Assembly: GCA_000934665.2 (NCBI GenBank)
Contig: JYFJ02001637.1
Coordinates: 1 to 64,000 of the forward strand
Length of the DNA stretch: 64,000 nucleotides
Origin: Catajapyx aquilonaris
Lineage: Eukaryota
Direction of reading: 5' to 3'
Within the stretch, counting starts at the first letter, position 1, and each line of letters opens with the position of its first letter. This document shows positions 1 through 10,200 of this stretch, in pieces. The notes beneath the pieces were generated by a model. It had not been told where the DNA came from. It searched no databases and saw only the letters and a list, made by a program, of their open reading frames with translations. A program made the position numbers and the translations under genes.

Positions 1-93
1 TTTCCGGACACAGGTTCCTATGTCAAAAATACTTGTCTTGGTCCCCTCTATTACCCCTGAAAGTCTTTGCAGAGTTACAATAAACACCCTGTA
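1..93. mobile_element. Right end of a Tc1/mariner-type non-autonomous element, cut by the window edge
   Basis: Ends in ...AAACACCCTG|TA (82-93), the reverse complement of the TA|CAGGGTGTTT terminus common in Tc1/mariner-derived MITEs. The other end is outside the window. Confidence 0.35.
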
Positions 94-692
94 TATTGCA
101 ATATTAATAAAATTATTATATGCTGGTGTCACACACGCAGTCCTGCTTATATTTACCATGATGTGACATAGCGAGTTAGCGACATACCTATAGGTACTAA
201 TTATGACAAAATTTGTACTGTATACAGTACAGGATGTGCAGCCATATAATCGGGAACATTTCATACTTAATTATATAAATTACCAGTTTATCATTTGACA
301 CATAATTTTGTCTCCTTTTACAGTAGTTCTCCCCTACATCGAGCCTCCATGCCCTGTCATTACAGATAAGAGTTTTGTTCAAAGCTGTCCTAAGCGGCGT
401 AGATCCTACACGAGATCCTAAGTGTCCAGTACTTGAGTTGAAAGATAGCTGAACAACACATAACTGAGGTTCTCTGCTGCTACATATAGACGTGTCATTA
501 CGTTGTTCATATTACACGCACACGATAAATCCATACCTGATATGTTGATACACACCTGCCTTCTAATTAGCCCTGCTCGAGGCACATTACTTCCTTTGTG
601 ATGAAAATCTTGTATAATCCTCTTTATGTAACGTAAGCCCTACAGACCTTGCACAGTGCAGTTTTAGAAACGCTGCTAAGTAGACGCGAATA

Positions 693-2798
693 ATGTGTGT
701 CTTGAAACACCAAATAATTTCGTTGTGCTTGATTCTGACTCACGTAAAGTTGTCAGTAGCAAAATGCAACATCAGTTTGCAAGAAATCCCTGAAGAAGAA
801 CGGATGCTGGGGGACCTTGTTCCTCTGGTCATAGAATCCGTGGCTTCAGAGTGTTCCTTGGTGTACTCATGGGATTCCGAGTACACTGTTAGGAAGCCTC
901 TCATAGAAGTGATTCGATCACGGCAGGAGAGATATCAGCAGACGATGCTTCACAGCATGGCCGACTACACTATTCGATGGCAAGATTATCTTGGCATTGG
1001 AAGAGAAGAGCAAATGTTCACGTTCAGAAGCATGCCACCATCTATGAAGTCCAGACTATGGCCTGGAGGACACTGCGTCTTCAATGTCCTCCTGTCTTCG
1101 TCGTTCGAGACATTCCCAAAGCTGATTGTCCACACTGCTGCCTCGCTCATGATCAGGAATCTGTACGATCACTTTCTGATGTTCTTCTCTTCTGAAGCTG
1201 TACATGCCTTAAATGGGACGCGTCCGGAGAAGATTCTCATTCAACCGCCTGCTAATGGTATCAAGTTGAAGCTTGCTGTTTATCCAGACAAACGCCGATC
1301 TCTCCTGAAGCTCAGGACAATCTGCTTCTTCTGCAACAAGGGCAGAGCGTCCATATCCAATATTGGCTCGTTTCAAAACGAAGAAATTAACATGACTTCG
1401 GTCGAGTTGTATCCGGACACGACCAAATCACTCAACGGACGTGAGATTAGGATGTCGTTTATTGAAGATATTGACATCATCGGAGCCAGAGAGAGGCTGA
1501 ACACAAGAGGCTACTGGTCCATCAATCTTCTAGAGCGCATCTCTATAATCATTGAGGATTTCCTAAACGCAAAGATCAAGCCAGTGATGCAAGAGATTGG
1601 CGAATTGGGGACGGAACTCCGGCTGCCCAACGGAAGTTGGGTAGGGTCAACTGGAAATGTGGTCAAAGGAAGGGCAGATTTTGCATTGGCTACGTTCTTC
1701 ACTGACCAGTCCAACCAGTATGTCGAAGTTGCTTATCCAGGTGTGTATTGAGCTTATAATTTATATTTCTTATATTAAACATCTCTCACGTCTTAATCTG
1801 CAGGTCTGTACTACCACACTTGCTTCTTGACACGGAAGCCTCATCCTGACATGAAGTGGTACGTCATCTTTCAAGCCTTTGAAATCCTCATCTGGTCTTT
1901 GCTCGTATTGTCAATTCTGATATCAGCTGTGTCCACTCACCTGATCATTCGGTGCTACAACCAAACAGCCTCTGTTCCCACGAAGGTGATATCTGTCTGG
2001 GAATCTTTGAAGAACATCCTCAGAGGATTTCTGGACCAACCTGAAGACCTGCATGAAGTAGGTCCTGGTCCACTGTACGCTTTCAGTGGATGCCTGTGGC
2101 TGTTCATGATTGTCATGAATTGCGCCTACAAGACGCGGCTTGTGTCTCTGATCACGTATCCCGAGCAGGAAACATTTCCGACAACCTTCGAGGAACTGGC
2201 CGAGTCTGACATTGGCTGGGGTTTGCCACTGATCGAAGGACTGTTGATACGAGCCATTGCAAATGAAGCTAACATTCCTTTGTACTTGGAAATAGTGTCA
2301 AAGTCCAACATGTTTCCAGAATTGAACGACTGCTTTCAGTACGCCTTGACAAATAGATTTGCCTGCTTGACCATCGACTTCTTTGTGAGGCTATCAATCG
2401 CAGCCTTCGATGACTTGGAAGGAAACTCATTGCTGCAGAAGGCACCACCGATGGTGTTCAACTTCTACACAGGATCTGGTTTGTCTCGAGACGCCGTCTA
2501 TGCTCCATGGTTCATCAAAAATAGCCAAGGCATTACTGAATGGAAGCTTTTTGACAAATGGATGGACGACGAGAGCTTCTGGACCGCTCTTAAGATGCGG
2601 GACATTAGGGCTGGATACGAAAAACACAGCGATGTCCTTACCATCGGTAAGCTGCTGGTTGTGTTTTATATGCTGCTCATTGGCTTGTCCTTGGCACTTC
2701 TGGTGTTCTTGATTGAACTTTTTCGGCGCAATCGGAAACCTGAAGCAGGAACCGAAAATGGTTCAGCAACAGTCATTGACGAGCCCGGGCCCAACTGA
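693..2798 (+). CDS. Divergent ionotropic receptor (IR; variant iGluR chemoreceptor family), 680 aa
   Basis: Exons 693-1740 and 1804-2798, joined across a 63-nt GT..AG intron (junction reads YP-G-LYYHTCFLTRKP). Has an N-terminal signal peptide, an S1 lobe (NGSWVGSTGNVVKGRADFALATF), M1 (AFEILIWSLLVLSILISAV), a pore-loop-like LRGFLDQ, an M3-like LWLFMIVMNCAYKTRLVSLITYP (SYTANL equivalent), S2 (PTTFEELAES) and a final TM (LTIGKLLVVFYMLLIGLSLALLVFLIE). Confidence 0.88.
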
Positions 2799-2991
2799 AT
2801 ATCCATTATGACCATATGTGACACGGATTCCCTCAGGCACATGCACCTAAATTTTATTGAAATTAATAAGAAACACTGCATTTTTGGGAAGCCTCTTGTA
2901 GACATTCACAACTTTCATAAGCACCGTACAGTGTATGTCTTGCACACAGTCAAGCTCAAGGTAGAAATGTCAGCATGTAAATATGTCAATA

Positions 2992-3206
2992 CTAGCTGCG
3001 ATACCCGGCGTTGCTCGGGAAGAAAGGAATGGAAATGAAGATGTAAAGGAGCTTGGCGTTACCCAGGCGGGAGAGGTTGGAGGTGTTGGTGATGTGCCAC
3101 AGATGGCAGGCAAATGACGGTTAAGACTCTTAGCAGGGGACCACATCCAGATGGCATTGGTGGGCGGACAGACAGACAGACTCACAAACGTCTTTATTGA
3201 TATAGA
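2992..3206 (-). mobile_element. Complete non-autonomous Helitron (215 bp)
   Basis: Minus strand reads A|TCTATATCAATAAAG...(GTCT)n...CCCGAGCAACGCCGGG-TATCGCAG-CTAG|T. It has the 5' TC, a subterminal hairpin, the 3' CTAG and insertion between A and T without a TSD, which are the canonical Helitron hallmarks. Confidence 0.8.
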
Positions 3207-3473
3207 TGTAACCTTAGATGTAACAGATATTAAATAATGAATATGTTATGCGTTTCAGTACATTGTTTTATTAGTTTATTAATCAATGCTTCTATTTATG
3301 GTACATGAGGTATGCCTTTGACATTATTCACATTCCTATGTCTTAATTTCTTGTGTCGATATAAAATCATGCGAATTTGTTTCAAGTTTTAAACCTTGTT
3401 TTAAACGGCCACACAAGACCGATAGGAATCTGCAATTAATTTTAATTCCTATGAAGGTATTTATTTCGTAGTG

Positions 3474-4810
3474 TTAGATATCTGGCTGAAAGTCAATTGG
3501 TCGCACTTTCATCTGCGCACTCTTGAGTGGGTAATCCCTTCCTCGCCAGTGGCTCCAGACCACTCCGGATCGGTATGGTCCGTTTAGATTGGCATGGTGG
3601 CAGGCATGGAACCACCAACCGGAACGAAGCAGAGCGGCACAGTTCCCTCGCTGGTTGTCGTTGTCCTGGTCAGGAGTCGAAAACGGTGCACCGGTGTGGT
3701 GTACCAGGGAGTCACCCGCGTTTCCGGAGTACCCATCCACTTGTAGACGGTACTGTTCGTCTGCGGTACCCACGGAGAACACCCTGTACTGCGCCCACCG
3801 TTCCTGTCCTGTCCGATCCTCCAGCTCAACCCGGAGTGTCTGGTTGCCCAGGTCGTGCATGGCGTCCAGACCCATCCAGTACTCGCCCTCCAGGTCGCCG
3901 AACCCGTCCTGGTATTGCTTCCAGTCTTGGTTGAATGAGACACGTCGACCGTCGGCATCAGGGAAGTCGTCGCGTCGAAGAAGCAGCGTCCATCCGCCAC
4001 CGTCGGTCTCCATGTCGCACCAGACTCTGAGACTACGATGACCGATCCGTACCGTGTGTATGCCCGAGCCTCGGTAACCGGACAGGTACAACCTGGCGCA
4101 GTCGGTCTGCTCCTCTTCCTCTTCCTCTGTCCAAAGTCGCACTTCAAGAGGGTTCCTGAAATGAGTGTTCCAACGACAACTGACGAAAGACAGTCGTGTG
4201 AACCACAGCACTTACGGTTGTTTATCTGCCAACGAATTTCGAATGGACACCAGTTCTGCGCCGATAGACTGCTCTGCGGATTTCAGTTTCTCCTTCATGC
4301 TTTGGGTTTCCTGTTCTGAAACATGTAATCAAAAATTATAAGATCATAAGTGTTTTCTAATTACGGTACGAGTTAATTATTTCTCATTACCTAATGATTC
4401 AATTCTTCGAACAGCTGTGGCCGTTAGGGTTTCTAGTCGAGCCAGTGACTCCAGGACTTGATTCATTGGTTCTGAATTGTGCTTTTCTTGATTGTTAACG
4501 AGTTGTTCCAGTGTGTCGAAGCGTTCTTTCAGTAACGGTTGAAGAGATTCGCCGCATTTGTCCTTGAATTAATAACAATAATCAAAAACAATAATAGAGT
4601 GAAAAAATAGCATTATTATGTTAGTATATGCCTCCAGTTCATGATCACAATAATAGGTGTGACAACTATCAACAATGTTGTAATATCTCTTACTTTTGGT
4701 CTGGTAGACGACGGTGTAGGAAACTCGAACACAACTCCAGCACTCAGAGTGGAAGCCACAAAGTACAAGGTGATTGCAACAATCGAAAGAGATGTAGTTG
4801 GTGAAGCCAT
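3474..4810 (-). CDS. Secreted fibrinogen-related protein (FREP; tachylectin-5/ficolin/angiopoietin-like), 356 aa
   Basis: Exons 4810-4694 (signal peptide MASPTTSLSIVAITLYFVASTLSA), 4562-4391 and 4315-4216 (coiled-coil-like, KERFDTLEQLV...LESLARLETL), and 4155-3474 (fibrinogen C domain: VWCDMETDGGGWTLLLRR, FNQDWKQYQDGFGDLEGEYWMGL, YSGNAGDSL, FSTPDQDND, NCA, GWWFHACHHANLNG). All introns are GT..AG and phases are consistent. Confidence 0.9.
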
Positions 4811-5465
4811 TTGCTCTGTCCTTCTATTTAGCTTGTTTTGTAGTTGTTCATTCCCTACAGCCAAAAGAGTGTTGTGGAGACTTGGACCTTGACATGTCTG
4901 CCAATGAAACACGGACTAGTTATCGTGAAAGATACAGACGGGTCAAAGAAGTTGAGAAGGGGTCAATGAAGTTACAAAAGATTGCGGGATAAAACAAAAC
5001 CAAAAAACGCTTTCAAGAAAGAGGCTATCACATCCATGTTTAATGCGATTGAAGGGGGGAAAAAAGACGTCAACAACCTTTCACACTGTAAGCCACGATG
5101 GTAATTAGTGATCATAAGTAATAATAAGTGGTTATGTAATCATAATAACCACACAAACTCTTATGTAAATTAATATAGTCTGCTTACATATGCCAAAATA
5201 TGGTCATAAAGGAAGTTGGATTTATTTTAATTACAGGAAATGGTTCTCAGAGGTTTTCTCTTCACTATAGTCAGTCTCATATCCCAAAGACATGTCCTGC
5301 CAGTAAACGGCATAGCCCTTGGGGTCACGGGAGAGACGCAAGCCCCACCCACCACGACAATAATAAGGTGGAAATACGCTTACATTGGGGAGGGAGTAGA
5401 AATTAAGTACAAATCACTACAAGTCGACTCTTAAAGATCTGTTGACCGTATCCTGGAGCACATTT

Positions 5466-6876
5466 GAGGCGCCTTCTTCCAAAACCCGATAAATCCAAGA
5501 TAAATGGTTCCGAGATAATTGAGAAAAGGCTGTGGTGCCGAAGCTAATTAATATTACTAGACCGGCCCAAGTCCATCTGCTACATATGTGGATGATGCAT
5601 ATGATGAGCTTTTACAAGAAAATGATCAACATCGTCAAGTCGTAGTTTCAGGAATAGTCGTTGTGGATATATCGATTTTTGCTGCAAAGAGAGTGGATTT
5701 GGCGGTTTTTGCAACATTGAGGATGAGGCACAAAATATATGGGCGAGTGGCCTTCCGCTCGATTTGCCTGAAAATCGGATATGTTGTAGCCCAGACCATC
5801 CTGATCAATGTTGGATAGGGACATTTCGAGGTAGGACCTACAGGGAGCATGCTAATTGCTATTCATCGAAGAGGCTAGAAGACTGCTGTGAGAGAAACCT
5901 CGCTTCCCTACATTGACCCAATGAATGTTGAAGTGCTGCTGGAGGAAACTCCAGATGACAACCTTCAAGGAGTAGAATTTGAACCGGATGAATTGGTAAT
6001 AAAGTTTAATAGATAATTTAATGCAATAACCATTGAGTTCCGGAGTCTTATTGTAGTCTACTACTCCCCCTATTACCTTCGGAGGTCATTAGCATGCTCC
6101 CTGTAGGTCCTACCTCGAAAATTAATGTCCCTATCCAACATTGATCAGGATGGTCTGGGCTACAACATATCCCATTTTCAGGCAAATCGAACGGAAGGCC
6201 ACTCGCCCATATATTTTGTGCCTCATCCTTTGAAAACCCAGTGGTGACACCATTACAGGAACATCAGCTTCAGGGTCGTGGCTGAAAGTGGTGTGAAGCA
6301 GAGTCGGAGTGATTATGATAATCATTGTGAATATTTCAGTCACGTATCATAACAGCATTACCATCATAACTGGTATTTTTATGTATAGAGTCTTCATTTA
6401 CCTGGGTCCCGCCGCGGGTTCGTCCGCACGTACATCTTGGAGCAGGAACCTTGTAGTCTTACTGCCAAAGAACGCGTAATATTACTGACAATAATATACT
6501 GACGTAATATTACTGACAAAGAACGCGTACGGGAGGAAGCATGACTCACTGTGGTGCCATGTGTAGCTTAGAGATGGATTTGTCTGAGTACGAAAGATAT
6601 CCCAGGCCAACTAGAGCTGTTCACGCTGGATTTGTCGGGTTATGGATGATTCGGTGGATTTGTCGGTTTTAGAAACATAGAATATGAACTTTCTGCCTGC
6701 ATTTGTCGGGTTTTGCATGATAGGCCACTTTTCTTCGGGCCATTACAGCCGCATTTGTCGATGTTTGCTGAATATTTTGTCGTTACGTGATGAAACACAT
6801 CTTGAAGAACATATTTCCACCCTTAACTCATTTTTTTTGGAAATTGGATTTGTCGGGTTTTGGAAGAAGGGGCCTC
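5466..6876. mobile_element. Decayed TIR DNA transposon, Sola-like (1411 bp)
   Basis: Left end GAGGCGCCTTCTTCCAAAACCCGATAAATCCAA (5466-5498) is the reverse complement, with 2 mismatches, of the right end TTGGATTTGTCGGGTTTTGGAAGAAGGGGCCTC (6844-6876). Both ends are flanked by ATTT (5462-5465, 6877-6880). Subterminal copies of (G)GATTTGTCG(GGTT) recur at ~6576-6790. GAG/CTC termini with a 4-bp AT-rich TSD fit the Sola superfamily. Confidence 0.72.
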
Positions 6877-6934
6877 ATTTATCAATTTAATTTAAAAAAA
6901 TTTAATAACATTTACTGTAAATCTGTGGAAAAGA

Positions 6935-7160
6935 GTGGCGCGCGACATCTAGCGAATCCAATTTGAACCCAGCGCCATCAAGGCTACAGGTGGCGCTCAG
7001 AACAATCAAATTAATAACCCCATTAATTATAATGCACATTGTGAAATTTAAGTAACAGCCGGATAGCTAAAAAAAAGGTGGCGTCATTAATTGCTTGTTA
7101 CTTACTGGTAACATGATTAGTAGTGGATTAATCTGGCAACACTTCCGATTTTCCCGCCTT
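6935..7160 (+). promoter_or_regulatory. Putative POLE proximal promoter with E2F site
   Basis: Canonical E2F motif TTTCCCGC at 7150-7157, ~95 nt upstream of the ATG. GGCGC-containing motifs at ~6937, ~6990 and ~7079, and a CTCF-like GACATCTAGCG at ~6944. E2F control is typical of replication genes. Confidence 0.45.
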
Positions 7161-7251
7161 TTTCTTCCTTCTGTTCTAAACATGGCTGCCTTTCCATGGA
7201 ACGTGCCAGCCCCTTTGTGTTGAGAGGTTGAGAGAGCGACCGGGTGGGAAG

Positions 7252-10200
7252 ATGGCCCCTCCGGTGCTGCAGAACACGGGGCGGTACAAGGGCAGGGCGC
7301 CCCTGACCGGCCCCTGGGCAGGTGGATCTACGGGCGGACAAGGGGGCGGCTCGTTGACAGGGCCAAGGGAGGAGACGTCCGAGTTCCGACTGAGGCAGTG
7401 CGAGGAGAACGACGCTGTGGACGCCAAGTATGGGTTCGAAAGGGTCAAAGGAAGAACGGAGAGGACGGGCTGGATGATCAACATGCACCCGGCAGAGCTG
7501 GTGGACGAGGACTCCAAACGGTTGGTCAGCGCCGTGGACTACTACTTTGTGCAGCAGGACGGTGGGAGGTTCAAGGTCTCCATGCCTTACAAGCCTTACT
7601 TCTATGTGCTGCCCAGGCCTGGCTGCATGCAGGAGGTCGCAGCGTACCTCACCAAGAGGTGGGTCCACTGGTCTCAGTCGTGGTTGGGAAAAATGGGAGA
7701 GTTGCCCATTTTCCCCTCTCAGAGTGATATTTCATAGGATAAATTGTTTCACAGAATAGCACCCATTCAAATCTGATATAATAAAGCAGAAAGTTTGTAT
7801 GTCCATGCTACCTAACCCACTTTTGGACTGCTGAGAAAGTATCATCATCGTACATAATATAATTATATAATAAAGCAGAAAGTTTGTCTGTATGCCTGCG
7901 CTCGTGCGCTGCCTAACCCACTTTTGGACTGCTGAGAGTATTATCTTCTTATATAAAAAAAGCAGAAAGTTTGTATGTCCAGGCTACCTGACCCACTTTT
8001 GGACTGCTGAGAGTATTATCTTCTAATGTAATAAAGCAGAAATTTCGACTGTATGTCCAGACCTAATTTACTTTTGGACTGCTGAGAGTGTTGAAACTCG
8101 GCACACTGATGGCTTATGTGCCACTGGTTGAGGGAAATGTACCGAAACGAAACTTTTGCGTCCTAATATCTAAAATTAATGATTTTTTTCTGCTCTGCTG
8201 CAATTATGCTGGCTACCCACTTCAGTAGGGTAACATAATTCAAGATCATTTTGGACATTTAAAAAAAAAAAAAAACTTTGCCTTTTATATAAATAGAAAT
8301 TTTTAGTCGTTGGCTATGCTCAAGTTTGATTCGCAGTTGGGGTGGAAGAGTTTGGTACAGCACCGGTTTTTAGCAGATGAACTAAAATTCACTTTTTTTC
8401 AGGTATGGTGGTTACTTGGCATCAGCTGAGCCAGTGAATAAGGAGGATCTGGATCTGCCCAACCATCTGGTGGGGCTGAAGCAGTCCTACCTGAAGCTTT
8501 CGTTTATGAATGTGAGTGACTTGATGCGGGTTCGAAAAGATGTGCTGCCTGCGGTTAGGAAGACTAAGGTGAGGGAGAAATGCAAGACGCCGTACATGGA
8601 AGTTATGGGCAACGGCAGTGATGACAAGCAGAATGTGGATCAAATGGACAACATGATTGACATACGGGAGTATGACGTGCCATATCACGTGCGAGTGTCA
8701 ATTGACAAAGGAATGTTTGTTGGGACGTGGTATACAGTGAAAACACATGCTTCAGCGACTCAGCCACCAGTAATAATGCGTTGTACTGATCTTATTGAGA
8801 GTCCTGACTGTATTGTGTTGGCATATGATATTGAGACTACAAAGCTGCCTTTGAAGTTTCCTGACCCAGCTTCTGATCAGGTGATGATGATCTCATACAT
8901 GATTGACGGAGCTGGGTTCCTCATCACCAACCGGGACGTGGTGGCATCAGATGTGGAGGACTTTGAATACACCCCTCGCCCTGAGTTTGAAGGCAATTTC
9001 ACCATATTCAATGAGCCAAACGAGGCATTGCTTCTTCAGCGCTTCTTTGACCATGTGCTTGACATCCGCCCTCATGTGATGGTGACTTACAATGGAGATT
9101 ATTTTGACTGGGCATTTGTAGAGGCAAGGGCAGCAGTGCATGGGATGGACATGGGGCGTGAGGTTGGGTTTTCTCGTAACAAAGAAGGTGTGTACACATG
9201 CCGTCCAAGCATTCACATGGACTGCCTCTGCTGGGTCAAGCGCGACTCTTACCTCCCTGTGGGGTCACAGAATTTGAAGGCAGTGGCAAAGGCGAAACTG
9301 CGGTATGATCCTGTTGAATTGGACCCAGAAGACATGTGCCGTATGGCTGCTGAACAGCCGCAAGTGATGGCTAGTTACTCAGTGTCAGATGCTGTTGCGA
9401 CGTATTACCTGTACATGAAGTATATTCATCCATTCATATTTGCTTTGTGCACCATTATTCCGATGGAGCCTGATGAAGTTCTGCGAAAAGGGTCAGGTAC
9501 TCTTTGTGAAGCTCTGCTTATGGTGGAGGCTTTTCGTGCAGGAGTTGTATTTCCAAACAAAACTGAAAGTATTCCTAACAAGATGACATCTGATGGGCAT
9601 GTACTGGAGCAGGAGACATATGTCGGTGGACATGTAGAAGCCTTGGAATCAGGTGTTTTTAGGAGTGACATACCTTGTCGATTTCGGCTCGATCCAGACA
9701 TGTTGGCTACGTTATATGAAAGTGCTGAAGCTACAATGTTGCATGCCATTCGTGAGGAGGAAAAGCTTGACCCTGAATCAGTCACAAATTTGGATGAGGT
9801 AGTTGCAGATATTCGTTCCAAGTTGTCTCATTTGCGCGACATTCCTGCCCGACTCGAGCTACCAGTCATTTACCACTTGGACGTTGGTGCCATGTACCCT
9901 AACATAATTCTGACCAACCGGCTCCAGCCAGCAGCCGTAGTGAATGAAGCTGACTGTGCAGCTTGTGACTTCAACCGCCCTGGTGCCACTTGTCAGCGGC
10001 GCATGGCCTGGACCTGGAGAGGTGACATGGCACCAGCTTCCCGATCTGAATTCCAGCGCATTCAGCAGCAGCTGGAAGTCGAGCGGTTTCCTCCGGCACA
10101 ACCAGGTGGTCCACACAGGGCTTTCCACCAACTTCCAAAGGACGAGCAGGTGGCTTATGAAAAGAAGCGTCTGAATGAATATTGTCGGCGTGCATACAAG

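Noticed and set aside
693..2798. Two separate genes or stop-codon readthrough
   Set aside because: The stop at 1749-1751 lies within a canonical 63-nt intron, and splicing gives a single frame.
3527..4147. Overlapping alternative-frame and antisense ORFs over the FREP exon (likewise over POLE exon 1)
   Set aside because: Shadow ORFs are expected in GC-rich coding sequence, and none has a recognisable motif.
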